In this document: positions 20,183-30,774 of the stretch, piece after piece | Position numbering within the stretch: position 1 is the first letter of the stretch | How the letters are laid out: each line of letters opens with the position of its first letter | Source of the DNA: a virus | Lineage: Duplodnaviria; Caudoviricetes | Virus record (IMG/VR): IMGVR_UViG_3300020577_007133 | Location: 40,773-104,772 of that record | Strand: one strand, 5' to 3' | Length of the DNA stretch: 64,000 nt | Notes under the pieces: model-generated | Database searches by the model: none | Told to the model about the DNA's origin: nothing | What the model saw: only the letters and a program-made list of their open reading frames with translations | Made by a program: the position numbers and the translations under genes

Positions 20183-20393
20183 TTGGATTCATTCGTTTTT
20201 GATATTCTTTTAATATCATATTATATGTTGTCTCAATTCTATCAATTTGTTCGGTACCTTTTAATACCATATTTTTGGTAAATTCAAAATCTTCTTGAAG
20301 ATGGTCCATAACCATCACCAAATCTTTATTTGATGAATTTTTATAATCATTGATTATACTTAATATTTTTGCTGATTTCTCTTTTCTATCCAT
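20169..20393 (-). CDS. small coiled-coil hypothetical protein
   Basis: 74 aa ORF in the operon. Confidence 0.65.
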   Translation of the reverse strand: MDRKEKSAKILSIINDYKNSSNKDLVMVMDHLQEDFEFTKNMVLKGTEQIDRIETTYNMILKEYQKRMNPNDNR

Positions 20394-20395
20394 AA

Positions 20396-22300
20396 TTAGA
20401 ATTTTTTACCGTAAGCATTTGCCGGAACCGTTAACATAGCCGGTGTAATTGTTAATGGTCCGATGGCGATTTGTACTTTATTATTTTCAGCATCTTCAGT
20501 TGCCATTGCTTTCATTTGTCCGAATTTTCCTAAAATATCTAAATTAGGGGCTCCACTTGGCATTGCACCGGTTGGAATACCCAAACTTTGCATTTCCTCA
20601 ATAACACCAATAAATGCTCTTGATTCTGAATAACCATCCAATAATTGGGATGCAAATAACAATGGTAAAGGAATACCTCCACCACCAAGTCCCGGAAGAT
20701 TAATTAAATTAAGAATCGCGAATATCTCATCAACCAAACTTTTACATTTCCTATAATCACTTATTATTGAAACGATAGCTAATAACAACGCGATTAATTT
20801 TAATATCATTGCGTATTTTTTAAACACTTTTTCTTTAACAATATCGTTAATAATTTGTTGTATCAATTTTAAAATATCTTCCTTGATTAATTTAAACAAT
20901 TCCTCAACAAATATCGCCCCGACTTTAGAAACAAGATTAATGAAGAATTTTTTAAATATTTTAGCAAAGTCAGTAAATGTTGTAATACTATCCGCCAAAA
21001 TATTACCTAAGGCTTTATACATCACAATTATAGGTAATATCATTTTTGGAGTGATTAATGCACTAATCATCCCGTGGGTGATTAACTTAATAAAATTAGT
21101 ATCAACCACAACTTGTGGGTTTACGTTAATACCAGCACCAATCCAAGCAGGATTATTAGCTAATACATCAGTAATGTTATCGGCAGCATTTTCAAATTCG
21201 GTTCCTTCATAAAAATTTAATGTTCCTAATGCCGATACTATTTCATCAAAATTAACCGGTAATAATATATTATCACAATCTTCAAATTGGATTACCCCAT
21301 TTTTAATATTCTGTACTCGAGTTTCAATATTACGTAAATCAATTTCTGTGAACTCAAAAAAAGCATCATCAATAGCTCCATCTAATTCAGGTACCTTAGC
21401 TATTCCACTAGTATCAATTTCGTTTCCTCTATTATCAAAACACAATCCTAATATTCTTGCAAGGATTAATTCAAACTTACTAGCGTTTTCCACCTGTGAA
21501 ATACCCGCATCAATTTTCATTGAGATTACACCTGATAATGATTCCATAATCGATGCAATAATATCAGTATCCTCTGCCATTCTTATGGTATCATAATAAT
21601 CAACCATAAATTCACCAACTTTTAAAGGATTACTTCTATTTTTTAATGTTACCTCAAACCAAGGACCAGTCGTACCTAAAACAGGGTGTAATTCATAATA
21701 TTTAATATCAAATAAATCTTGACCTGATTTACCAACGTGAGAATAGGTTGTCGTAGGATTCATCGTTAATTGATGTAACTCACGATTCATTGAGAATGGA
21801 ACTTGACCTATTTGAATTGATTTTTTTTCGTAAATAATAACTCCAACCTCGTCTTGGGGGTCAATAAGTAATCTATTAAATAAATCAATAGAACTTACTT
21901 TAACATAAACAGGACCCGGGTTATATGTTTGTTGTTGGTCACAACCTAACGCAGTTAAACAATCTTTGATAACGATTGTTCGTAATCTTGGTTGAACATT
22001 TTTAATGGTTCTTAGTAATAATCTTTTAATATATTTTGGAGAACCACTACCATTTCCACCTGTAGTATTGGATAAATCCAAAAGTTGCTCAAATTGATTT
22101 TTAACTTGTCTTTGATAACGCTTGGTTTGTTCTTTAACACTTGTTAATGATTCTGAAACATTTGATTTAGTTTTCTCAAATGATTCACCGGCTTTTTTAG
22201 TTGCGTCATTATATTGAGATTTAACATCACCAAATGATTTTGTTGCGTTAACTCTTTTTTGAATTTTATTATAATCAAAGTTAATATCTAATGACGGCAT
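20396..22300 (-). CDS. hypothetical protein with hydrophobic C-terminal helices
   Basis: 634 aa; segment LKLIALLLAIVSII. Confidence 0.75.
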   Translation of the reverse strand: MPSLDINFDYNKIQKRVNATKSFGDVKSQYNDATKKAGESFEKTKSNVSESLTSVKEQTKRYQRQVKNQFEQLLDLSNTTGGNGSGSPKYIKRLLLRTIKNVQPRLRTIVIKDCLTALGCDQQQTYNPGPVYVKVSSIDLFNRLLIDPQDEVGVIIYEKKSIQIGQVPFSMNRELHQLTMNPTTTYSHVGKSGQDLFDIKYYELHPVLGTTGPWFEVTLKNRSNPLKVGEFMVDYYDTIRMAEDTDIIASIMESLSGVISMKIDAGISQVENASKFELILARILGLCFDNRGNEIDTSGIAKVPELDGAIDDAFFEFTEIDLRNIETRVQNIKNGVIQFEDCDNILLPVNFDEIVSALGTLNFYEGTEFENAADNITDVLANNPAWIGAGINVNPQVVVDTNFIKLITHGMISALITPKMILPIIVMYKALGNILADSITTFTDFAKIFKKFFINLVSKVGAIFVEELFKLIKEDILKLIQQIINDIVKEKVFKKYAMILKLIALLLAIVSIISDYRKCKSLVDEIFAILNLINLPGLGGGGIPLPLLFASQLLDGYSESRAFIGVIEEMQSLGIPTGAMPSGAPNLDILGKFGQMKAMATEDAENNKVQIAIGPLTITPAMLTVPANAYGKKF

Positions 22301-22306
22301 ACGGTA

Positions 22307-22687
22307 TTATTTTTTCAATTTATATGAATCCATATCTTTGGAAATATCTTTTTCCATTAAAGTTCGTAATAATTCATCATCACCTAAATCTGTAATTGAA
22401 AAACTACCACCCCCATCATTACTGTTAACCGTTTTTTCCCATATTGAGGATTGTAATTTTGAAAGAGTTAATTTTTTCTCAACGCAATCATTGATTATTT
22501 TTTGTTGTTTTTCGATAACCGGACCTATGACTGTCATATCTTCCGGGTCTTTCATCATAGTAAGCATTTTATTTTGGATTCTAATAGCGGTACTTCTTTG
22601 TTCCACAAGTTCATTGTAGATTTCTTGCATCAACGCTAACATTGATTCCTTACTAAGATTGATTTCTTTTTTTGTCGGTCTTGCCAT
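22307..22687 (-). CDS. helical hypothetical protein (possible terminase small subunit)
   Basis: 126 aa, two long helices, own ATATTTAT motif; the function guess is weak. Confidence 0.55.
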   Translation of the reverse strand: MARPTKKEINLSKESMLALMQEIYNELVEQRSTAIRIQNKMLTMMKDPEDMTVIGPVIEKQQKIINDCVEKKLTLSKLQSSIWEKTVNSNDGGGSFSITDLGDDELLRTLMEKDISKDMDSYKLKK

Positions 22688-22712
22688 ATTAATAAATATT
22701 AAAAATCATATT

Positions 22713-23462
22713 TTATTTAACCATACTCTGAACTAAGTCAAAATACATATTCTTATATTTTTTCATAGAACCTCGAATTTCTTTTGTTGAAAGATTAGTC
22801 ATTTCTCGTAATGAGAGTAAAATGATATTTTTATTGAATTTATTATTATCGTTACCAACAAAAATATTTTCATAATTGTCGAATAAATCATACAACGCTT
22901 GACCAAGTTTTATTTCGTTTTCATTCAAGTTTTCTGATTTAATAAATATTTCTAGTTTAATTAAAAAATGATGTATAACTTTTTCAGAATCTAAATTATC
23001 ATTTTCAATATAATAGGAATACTCTTCATTATTCTCCAAATTAGTTGAAATATCTTCGTAAGATATTTTTCTATTGATGTCTTTTTGGTCTTTAATAATT
23101 TGACCCATCAAATAGTTTTTACATATGGTACCAAAATAAGAGTAAGCCTTCTTTTCTTTAGAAGGCTTAAACTTATCAATTTTTGTCATTAAAAATGAGT
23201 GAGTGTCTATATGGATTTCCTCGAAGTCCATATCTTTTCTATATAATTTATATCTTCTAATAATTGAAGATATCATTTTATCTAAAGGTTTTCTTAAAAA
23301 CTCATTATATATTTTATTTCGTTCTTCAGATGATTCAGTTTCTAAAAACCTAATAACCGCCATCTCTTCTCTAACATCAAAATAATTTGTTTGTGTGGGT
23401 TTTCTACCTTTCTTTTTTAACTCAACATTCGTATCTCCTGTTAAATTAATTATGTCAACCAT
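22713..23462 (-). CDS. phage sigma factor (T4 gp55-like, sigma region 2)
   Basis: MISSIIRRYKLY...FLMTKIDKFKPSKEKKAYSYFGTICKNYLM resembles sigma region 2.3-2.4. Confidence 0.7.
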   Translation of the reverse strand: MVDIINLTGDTNVELKKKGRKPTQTNYFDVREEMAVIRFLETESSEERNKIYNEFLRKPLDKMISSIIRRYKLYRKDMDFEEIHIDTHSFLMTKIDKFKPSKEKKAYSYFGTICKNYLMGQIIKDQKDINRKISYEDISTNLENNEEYSYYIENDNLDSEKVIHHFLIKLEIFIKSENLNENEIKLGQALYDLFDNYENIFVGNDNNKFNKNIILLSLREMTNLSTKEIRGSMKKYKNMYFDLVQSMVK

Positions 23463-24274
23463 TAAACTTCTACCGGTTCGTATTTTATGGCTCTATCATT
23501 AATGAAAAAATATTCTTTTTTGGCTGATTCTACCCAAAATTTAACCTCATCAGGTGTTAATACATCTTCACCATTTTTGTAATTCCAAAAAATTGACCCT
23601 TCTCTTAAATTCATATGTTTATATCCAATTCTTGGGATTGACATAATTCTAACCGAATTGTAAGTTAATCTTAAAAATAACTCATAACCAAATGTCAATT
23701 TAAAAGATGGTTTTAATAAACCAAAATCAATAAAAGTATCTTTTTTAATAACCATTCCGGAAATTTGGAAATTTTGATATTCCATTAAAGTTTCATTGGT
23801 TAAGATACCCATTTCCGGAGTAAAATTAGCTGCAAATGTTGCTTCATTAGTAAATCCGGCGAATTTAGTATTTTGGTCGACATCAACAACTATTGGTAAA
23901 AATACTTGAACATCCGGATATGATTCCGAAAATTTCAATACATTTTTAAACCAAATTGATGAGTATTCATCGTCAAATTCAAACAATGAAACCCAAGTAG
24001 ATTTAGCACTTCTAACACCATAATTAATTTGAGCCGAATAATTAGGTTCTTTAGTCCATTCTACTTTTACCACAGGTAAATCTCCGAAATCAAAATTATT
24101 TAAATATTCAACCAAGGAAGTTTCATTAGTGTGAACGATAATTAATTCATTAATCTCTGTTTTTTGAATTCGTAGTGATTCAATAGCTTTTTTAAAATAT
24201 TCATCAAAATCTCTAACTTTTGATGATTTGATTGGTAGTATTACTGATACGTCAAATTTTGTTACTTCTTCCAT
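23462..24274 (-). CDS. GT2-like glycosyltransferase
   Basis: Motifs VSVILPI, INYGVRSAKSTWVSLFEFDD and ELFLRL; likely start MEEVTK. Confidence 0.75.
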   Translation of the reverse strand: MEEVTKFDVSVILPIKSSKVRDFDEYFKKAIESLRIQKTEINELIIVHTNETSLVEYLNNFDFGDLPVVKVEWTKEPNYSAQINYGVRSAKSTWVSLFEFDDEYSSIWFKNVLKFSESYPDVQVFLPIVVDVDQNTKFAGFTNEATFAANFTPEMGILTNETLMEYQNFQISGMVIKKDTFIDFGLLKPSFKLTFGYELFLRLTYNSVRIMSIPRIGYKHMNLREGSIFWNYKNGEDVLTPDEVKFWVESAKKEYFFINDRAIKYEPVEV

Positions 24275-24275
24275 A

Positions 24276-25334
24276 TTATTCAATTGTTTGTAATTTAGAT
24301 AATTGTTCTTCAAATGATTCTCTTCTTGTGTTCAAGAATTTCTCAAATAATGAAACACATTCAGTGTCAAATGATTCTTTGGTTGGTAAAGAGTCTATTG
24401 TTTTTTTCATTTCAACATATAAATTTTCATTAACATTATCCTCTAACCAATTTTGTAGATAATCGGCAACGAAATCCACCATTTGAATTTTATTATTAAC
24501 CCAAAGACCATTGTCTTCAGTCATCCACTCAGGGATTAAATTAGGTACTAAACCTAAAACCGGTACTCCGGATTTCATAGATTCTAACGGAAATGTACCA
24601 TAACCACTTGTTTCGTCAATCCAAACTGATAAACAAGAACTTTCTAATCCTTTGGCGAATTCTTTTTCTGTTAATCCTCTCATATCTCTAAATGTAACCC
24701 ATCGATATTGTGGAAATTTAACATAAAAAGATTTAATTAGATTTGCGGTATCTCTAGGTTCTCTTGAATGAACCGAAATAATAGGTTTAGAAGGTAATGT
24801 TTGAGGTTTAAATTCGTCTGAAATGTATGGGGTTAATATATCAAAAGATACATTTCTCATTAAAGACTCAATCTGTTCTTTTTGTTTATTTGATGTTGTT
24901 ATACATTTTAAAAACCCTAAATCAGACCACGATTGTCCCGGTTGTAATGTTTCTAATATATGGTCATATGCTTGACACAAAACAATTTTACCACAAGGTA
25001 AGTTTGTAATTTGTGACATAACAAAACCATATAATTCCGGAATAACAATTAAATCTTCTGGTGATATTTCTAAGTTTTGACCTTCAATAGATTTATGTGG
25101 TAATTTCATATATTCTTCACCTAACCAACTTGAAACTCCTGTATAATCAGGGGTCTCGTGTAAAATAATTGGATTATAACCCGAGTTTAGTAACGATAAA
25201 CCTAATCTATAGATATATGCGATAGATGCTTTGGCATTACCTTTTGTGTCTTGAGAGATAAGATAAATTCTTGATTGCTTATTTTTCATATTCTCAATAG
25301 ACAATTCTAGTTTTGTAATTTGTTCTTGATTCAT
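24276..25334 (-). CDS. GT-B fold glycosyltransferase
   Basis: Motifs DLIVIPE and ETSGYGTFPLESMKSGVPV (Ex7E-like). Confidence 0.7.
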   Translation of the reverse strand: MNQEQITKLELSIENMKNKQSRIYLISQDTKGNAKASIAYIYRLGLSLLNSGYNPIILHETPDYTGVSSWLGEEYMKLPHKSIEGQNLEISPEDLIVIPELYGFVMSQITNLPCGKIVLCQAYDHILETLQPGQSWSDLGFLKCITTSNKQKEQIESLMRNVSFDILTPYISDEFKPQTLPSKPIISVHSREPRDTANLIKSFYVKFPQYRWVTFRDMRGLTEKEFAKGLESSCLSVWIDETSGYGTFPLESMKSGVPVLGLVPNLIPEWMTEDNGLWVNNKIQMVDFVADYLQNWLEDNVNENLYVEMKKTIDSLPTKESFDTECVSLFEKFLNTRRESFEEQLSKLQTIE

Positions 25335-25335
25335 A

Positions 25336-25614
25336 TTATATTTTATTTAGTAAGTTTTTATATAGTAGTGTATTAAACGCTATTTTAAATGGTATTGATA
25401 TATTATTTGTCGCTTTCGCACCCAATGTTTCGTCAATCTCTTCCTGTTCATCCATAATGATTTCCATCATTAATTTAACCGTTTCGTATTTAATTATACT
25501 AATATGTGCCGATTCAGTAACACCTGATGTGACAATTTTGTCCCCTTTAATTTGAACGTAGTCATCTATTTTGTCTAAATCCAAATAATAATTTTCTCCT
25601 AATACTTTTAACAT
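25336..25614 (-). CDS. hypothetical protein
   Basis: 92 aa ORF in the operon. Confidence 0.7.
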   Translation of the reverse strand: MLKVLGENYYLDLDKIDDYVQIKGDKIVTSGVTESAHISIIKYETVKLMMEIIMDEQEEIDETLGAKATNNISIPFKIAFNTLLYKNLLNKI

Positions 25615-26210
25615 TACATTAATTTTGTTAATTCAAATTCTAATTCTTTAATTGTTTTTATAGAATTATCTGATTTGATATGTTTATTGTACTCCGTTTG
25701 ATATTTTATGATTATTTTATCTTCCGGATGTTCTAATAATAGTGCAGGATTTGAGGTAAGTAAAACATCAATTTCACTCCACATCGAATTTATTGTTGAA
25801 TTGCTATAAAATTTTACTTTTTCAATTAAACAACCGAACTTAGAAAGGAAGAATAGTGATGCTGGTTTAGATTTACCTATTTCATCTGAAACGATTATTA
25901 AATCGTGACTATCTCGTAAATTTAAATAAATGTCATTTAATTCATTAAAACTTGAATATTCGGTTGATTGTGCGTGTCCAAAAATTTCCATCGGAAATTC
26001 TTCATACAAAAAAGAATATAAATCATCATTAGAAGGAAACTCAAAATGATTTTTAAGTTCTAACGATGTTACCGGTAGATTCATTTCATATTTAAATGAT
26101 TCATCATCTTCAATACCTTCTGTTTTGTCAATATAAAACTTTTGATATGTCTGTTCTATTTTACCAATGGTGTTTCTTAAAACACCATTAATCTCAATTG
26201 CTATTCTCAT
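25614..26210 (-). CDS. HAD-fold 5'(3')-nucleotidase-like protein with degenerate active site
   Basis: RIAIEINGVLRN in place of xIxIDxDGVL; C-terminal DVLLTSNP...EYNK. Confidence 0.55.
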   Translation of the reverse strand: MRIAIEINGVLRNTIGKIEQTYQKFYIDKTEGIEDDESFKYEMNLPVTSLELKNHFEFPSNDDLYSFLYEEFPMEIFGHAQSTEYSSFNELNDIYLNLRDSHDLIIVSDEIGKSKPASLFFLSKFGCLIEKVKFYSNSTINSMWSEIDVLLTSNPALLLEHPEDKIIIKYQTEYNKHIKSDNSIKTIKELEFELTKLM

Positions 26211-26955
26211 CTTCCTCTTCGGTTTTATCGTATTTACTTAAAATTCTACTAATTAATGGGTTTCTAACAATATCTTTTTTATCTTTAAATTCAAAAACAG
26301 AAATATCCCTATCTTCTCTGAATTTTTCAATTGCATCCCATAATCCACTATGTGTTTTATTTTTGTATTTATCGGACTGTTCAACATCCCCGGAAATAAA
26401 AAATTTACTATTAAACCCAATTCTTGTTAAAAGTAATTTCATTTGACTTGGAGTTGCGTTTTGACCCTCTTCAAAAATTAAAATAGAGTTGTCAATATTC
26501 ATACCTCTCATAAAAGCTAATGCAAATACTTCGATAATATCAGCGTCTTTTAATTTTTCCCTATTTTCTTTCCCAATAATTTTATTCATTAAATAATATG
26601 ATGGAAAAATATAAGGGTCTAATTTTTCCTCAACGTTTCCGGGAAGAGAACCTAATTTTTCTTCAGCCTCCACAGCCGGTCTAACAATGATGATTTTTTC
26701 ATATGGAGTTTCCGGGTCGGCCAACAAATCAAGTGCAGCTTTCATAGTTATATAACTCTTACCTACACCCGCGGGTCCTGAACAAATAGTTACTTCACTA
26801 CTAATCAAAGTCTCATAATATTTTTTTTGATTTGTTGTGAGGAATTTTTCTTTAGTTTTCCTTTTAATTACTTGAGTTATAAACTCTTTTTTATTAATTG
26901 GTTTTGACACAACCTCAGGAGTTGGTTTAGGTTTGTTTTTGTTGCTTACTGCCAT
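26194..26955 (-). CDS. phoH: PhoH-family ATPase
   Basis: Motifs GPAGVGKS, RPAVEAEEKLGSLPG, AFMRG, EGQNAT, LLTRIG, GDVEQSD and DIVRNPLI. Confidence 0.93.
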   Translation of the reverse strand: MAVSNKNKPKPTPEVVSKPINKKEFITQVIKRKTKEKFLTTNQKKYYETLISSEVTICSGPAGVGKSYITMKAALDLLADPETPYEKIIIVRPAVEAEEKLGSLPGNVEEKLDPYIFPSYYLMNKIIGKENREKLKDADIIEVFALAFMRGMNIDNSILIFEEGQNATPSQMKLLLTRIGFNSKFFISGDVEQSDKYKNKTHSGLWDAIEKFREDRDISVFEFKDKKDIVRNPLISRILSKYDKTEEEDENSN

Positions 26956-26962
26956 TTTTAAA

Positions 26963-27943
26963 TTATTGTTGTTTATAGTAATCTAACCAATGTTTAATCA
27001 TTTCATCTAACATACTTTCAAAAGTATAGTCGTGAGACCAACCGGTTGCTTTTACTAATTTAGAAGAATCACCTTTTAAATTATGTAACTCTTCAGGTCT
27101 TAAAAATTTTTCATCTTGTTTAACGTATGTTTTCCAATCTAAACCTAATTTACCGAATACGTATTCACATAATTCTTGAACTGAATGTGAAACACCTGTT
27201 GCACATACAAAGTCATCAGGTTTATCTAATTGTAATATTTCCCACATAGCTTTCACGTAATCTTTGGCGTGACCCCAATCTCGTGTAGCATCTAAGTTAC
27301 CTAATTTTAATTCATTTGATAAACCAAGTTTAATTTTAACCGCTTCTTTACAAACTTTATTAGTTACAAAGTTTGTACCTCTTCTTGGTGATTCGTGATT
27401 AAATAATATTCCATTTGAAATAAACATTCCGTAAGAATTTCTATAATTACGACAAATATTGTAACTAAATACTTTGGCACATCCATAAGGTGATACCGGA
27501 TTCATTGGTGTAGTTTCTCTTTGATAACCATCCTCATCAATAGAATTACCAAACATTTCTGATGAAGATGCTTGATAAATTTTAATCAATGGGTTTATTA
27601 ATTTGACTGATTCTAAAATATTTAAAGTCCCTATACCTGTAACATTTGCGGTATATAAAGGTTGGTCAAATGAAATTCTTACGTGAGATTGTGCTGCTAA
27701 ATTATATATTTCGTCAGGATTAACCTCACTTACGACTCTAACCAATGATGATAGGTCAGTTAAATCAGCGTAATGTAATTTTATTTTATCATAAATTTTA
27801 TCTAATCTAGATGTTTGATTTTCAGAGACAGAATTTCGTTTTAAAGTTCCGTGAACTTCATAACCTTTTTCTAATAAAAATTCAGCAAGATATGAACCAT
27901 CTTGACCATTTATTCCAGTTATCAAAGCAATTTTATTTTTCAT
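26963..27943 (-). CDS. gmd: GDP-mannose 4,6-dehydratase
   Basis: Motifs ALITGINGQDGSYLAEFLL, NLAAQSHV, YQASSSEMFG, SPYGCAK, LFNHESPRRG and RDWGHAKDYV. Confidence 0.96.
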   Translation of the reverse strand: MKNKIALITGINGQDGSYLAEFLLEKGYEVHGTLKRNSVSENQTSRLDKIYDKIKLHYADLTDLSSLVRVVSEVNPDEIYNLAAQSHVRISFDQPLYTANVTGIGTLNILESVKLINPLIKIYQASSSEMFGNSIDEDGYQRETTPMNPVSPYGCAKVFSYNICRNYRNSYGMFISNGILFNHESPRRGTNFVTNKVCKEAVKIKLGLSNELKLGNLDATRDWGHAKDYVKAMWEILQLDKPDDFVCATGVSHSVQELCEYVFGKLGLDWKTYVKQDEKFLRPEELHNLKGDSSKLVKATGWSHDYTFESMLDEMIKHWLDYYKQQ

Positions 27944-28746
27944 ATTTCATCAATTGTTTTCCAATTATTTAATTTAGGGTGAAACATACCATTAGTTGGG
28001 TATATTACCGTGTTGTCGTTTAAAATACCGGCAGAATAACTAAACGCACTTTTACCGATAACTAAAATATCTGAATTTATAAAATCTAACCATACTTCAT
28101 TATCTAATGTTTTATCATCATATTTAATATCATACTCTTTAAATAATTCGTTATTAAAATTTTTTCTTTGTGTGTATATGGTAATTTTATAATCACTATT
28201 TATTTTTGTTTTTAATTTATTGATAACATCCAAATAATACTCATCACTCAACCATCTATCTTCCGGATGATTTTGAGAAACATCTCCCCTTCTTATATGA
28301 ATTTTAATATCTAAAAAATCTTTTTTTTGTTTTTTAGGTAATTTAAATATTTCATTTTTTAACTTTGTTTTTATTAATATAGTATGATTAAAAACTTCTA
28401 ATTCCGTTTCACCACTTAAATTAGGGTGTACTAAAAAAATAACATCGGTATGATTAACCTCAGTAATTAATTTACCCGAAAATTGTAAAAAATTTTCCCA
28501 TCTATCACAAACATCTAAATACTCATCTCTTAAATTTTCAATGGATTTATAATGGTATAATATAAATTGATTAGAATTAAAATTGATACCAAAGCCTTCA
28601 TAGGTTAAAGGTGTGTATACAAATTCATAATCAAACCCTTTATTTCTTAAATAATCAACATATGATATCAAATTGATTATTTTTAAAATCCTTGACCCAA
28701 TTCCGTGGTCTAAAATTTTATTTGTTATATATTTATACTTCATCAT
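27940..28746 (-). CDS. putative GDP-deoxyhexose (fucosyl-type) transferase, GT11/GT23-like
   Basis: HGIGS, IHIRRGD and KSAFSYSAG correspond to fucosyltransferase motifs I and III. Confidence 0.6.
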   Translation of the reverse strand: MMKYKYITNKILDHGIGSRILKIINLISYVDYLRNKGFDYEFVYTPLTYEGFGINFNSNQFILYHYKSIENLRDEYLDVCDRWENFLQFSGKLITEVNHTDVIFLVHPNLSGETELEVFNHTILIKTKLKNEIFKLPKKQKKDFLDIKIHIRRGDVSQNHPEDRWLSDEYYLDVINKLKTKINSDYKITIYTQRKNFNNELFKEYDIKYDDKTLDNEVWLDFINSDILVIGKSAFSYSAGILNDNTVIYPTNGMFHPKLNNWKTIDEI

Positions 28747-29887
28747 TTATAATATTTAAAATAATGTTAATTTGAGTTTCTGTTAAATCTTGATGGTTGG
28801 GGATATAAAAACCATACTCATTTACTAACTCACAATTAGGTAATGATTGATTACCATATTTTTCATACCACATTGGTTTCTTACTCATATCACCAGCAAT
28901 TAACGGTCTAACCTCTATATTATTTTTTTGTAATCTATCAATAATTTTTTGTTTATTTTTATGTACGATAGGAAATGCAAAATTAGATATAAAATTTTCA
29001 TTTAAATTAACAATGTTTAACTCTGAATTTTCAACACCTTTTAAATATTGTTTAAAATTCTCATTTCGTTTTAATGAATAATTATCTAATTTATCGATAG
29101 CTCTTAAACCTATAAATGCTTGTAAATCTGTTGCTCTTAAATTAAATCCCGGGACATAAAAATTATATAATGATGTGAAATTATCAACGTTGTACTTTAC
29201 TCTTAATTCATTTTGTTTCCATTCAGGTAAATCTCTATCCCACCCGTGACTTCTCATCATTAATAATAAATGATAAAAATCTTCATCATCGGTGTTTACA
29301 AACCCACCTTCAATAGTGCTCAAATGATGACCAAAATACATTGAGAAAAATGAGGCGTATCCAAATGACCCTAAATATTTATTTTTATATTTAGACCCCA
29401 TACTTTCACAAACGTCTTCAAACAAAGTTACGTTATATTTTTCACATAGATTAATAATTTTATCCATATTAGGTACTAGTCCTAATGGAGAAACTAAAAT
29501 AAATGATGAGGGTGACTCAGTTTTAAAAATTTCTTCTAAATGAATTAAATCACAAGATAAATCCTCAAGATTACAATCACACATAATAGGTTCCATTCCT
29601 AATAACATTGGTGAACTTACGTCAGTTGCCCAACTTAATGATGGTATTACAATTTTTTTATTTTGAATATTTTTGGAATATAAATATGCCGCCAAGGATA
29701 GTAAAATTGCGGATGAGCCTGAATTAACAAATACGGAATACTTTGTTCCTATTTTACGTGCCCATTTTTTTTCTAATTCAATTGTTAAATCTCCTTTAGT
29801 TAACCTTGGTATCTCATCTTGAGATAACCACTCAATAAGATGTTTAATATCATCCCTATCTATTGTATCACTTACTAATTTTATCAT
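28733..29887 (-). CDS. colD: PLP-dependent GDP-4-keto-6-deoxymannose 3-dehydratase (ColD-like, DegT family)
   Basis: Motifs FVNSGSSA, EDVCESMG, FSMYFGHHLSTIEGG (His at the catalytic Lys position) and RSHGWDR; no Fe-S Cys cluster. Confidence 0.75.
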   Translation of the reverse strand: MIKLVSDTIDRDDIKHLIEWLSQDEIPRLTKGDLTIELEKKWARKIGTKYSVFVNSGSSAILLSLAAYLYSKNIQNKKIVIPSLSWATDVSSPMLLGMEPIMCDCNLEDLSCDLIHLEEIFKTESPSSFILVSPLGLVPNMDKIINLCEKYNVTLFEDVCESMGSKYKNKYLGSFGYASFFSMYFGHHLSTIEGGFVNTDDEDFYHLLLMMRSHGWDRDLPEWKQNELRVKYNVDNFTSLYNFYVPGFNLRATDLQAFIGLRAIDKLDNYSLKRNENFKQYLKGVENSELNIVNLNENFISNFAFPIVHKNKQKIIDRLQKNNIEVRPLIAGDMSKKPMWYEKYGNQSLPNCELVNEYGFYIPNHQDLTETQINIILNIINDEV

Positions 29888-30770
29888 AAACTTGTTTTAT
29901 ACCTTTTTCAAAAGGTAATGGATTGAAGTTAGGAAGTAAATTATATAACTTATCTATCGACACATCTTTTCGATATTGACCATCAGGTTTTGTTGTGTCA
30001 AAATTAATTTTTATATGTTCCAATTTTAATACTTTTAAAGTGATTTCCGCCATTTCTTTAATAGAAAGATTTTCTCTATTGGCAACATTAAAACTTTCGT
30101 ATATGTTTTTTGTTAAACATTCATTTATCACCCAAGCTAAATCATCTGAGTACATAAATTGACGTAAAGGTTTTCCTGTTCCAAATAAAATTATCTCATC
30201 TTTATTTTCATTTTCCGCTTTCATTATTTTTTCTAATAAAGCCGCCACAAAATGACTATTGTGACCCATTTTATCATTTTCACCATATAAATTACAAGGT
30301 GTTAAATATTGATATTTGGTTCCGTGTTGTTTATTTAGAGCATCTATTTGAACGGCAAATGACCTTTTTGAATACCCATATGAAAAATTAGTAATTGTTG
30401 GTGGTCCTAAATGTAAATCGTCCTCAGTCATCGGGTAATTTGGGACGGTATCGGGATAAATGCAAGTTGATAGAATCCCAATAAATTGTTTAACTCCGTA
30501 TTTGAATGATTGCTCAACCATATAAGTATTCATTTTAATATTTTCGATGTAATAATCGTGAGGGTTTTCTATATTATCAATAATACCACCAACTCTGGCG
30601 GCTAAATGAACGACTTTGGTTGGTTTATATTTTTCAAACATTTCTTTAACTTCACTCTCGATGGTTAAATCATAATCTTTTGATGATATATAAATCGCAT
30701 ACGGCATAATTTTTTTTAATGACTTACCAACCATTCCGGAACCTCCGGTTATTAGTATAATTTCTTTCAT
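29868..30770 (-). CDS. fcl: GDP-L-fucose synthase / GDP-colitose synthase (Fcl/ColC-type epimerase-reductase)
   Basis: Motifs TGGSGMVG, HLAARVGGI, STCIYP, YGYSKR, PCNLYG, GTGKPLRQF and KPDGQYRK. Confidence 0.88.
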   Translation of the reverse strand: MKEIILITGGSGMVGKSLKKIMPYAIYISSKDYDLTIESEVKEMFEKYKPTKVVHLAARVGGIIDNIENPHDYYIENIKMNTYMVEQSFKYGVKQFIGILSTCIYPDTVPNYPMTEDDLHLGPPTITNFSYGYSKRSFAVQIDALNKQHGTKYQYLTPCNLYGENDKMGHNSHFVAALLEKIMKAENENKDEIILFGTGKPLRQFMYSDDLAWVINECLTKNIYESFNVANRENLSIKEMAEITLKVLKLEHIKINFDTTKPDGQYRKDVSIDKLYNLLPNFNPLPFEKGIKQVYDKISK

Positions 30771-30774
30771 ATTA

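Noticed and set aside
28733-29887. Perosamine synthase / ordinary DegT aminotransferase
   Set aside because: The catalytic Lys position is His (GHH), matching dehydratases of the ColD type.
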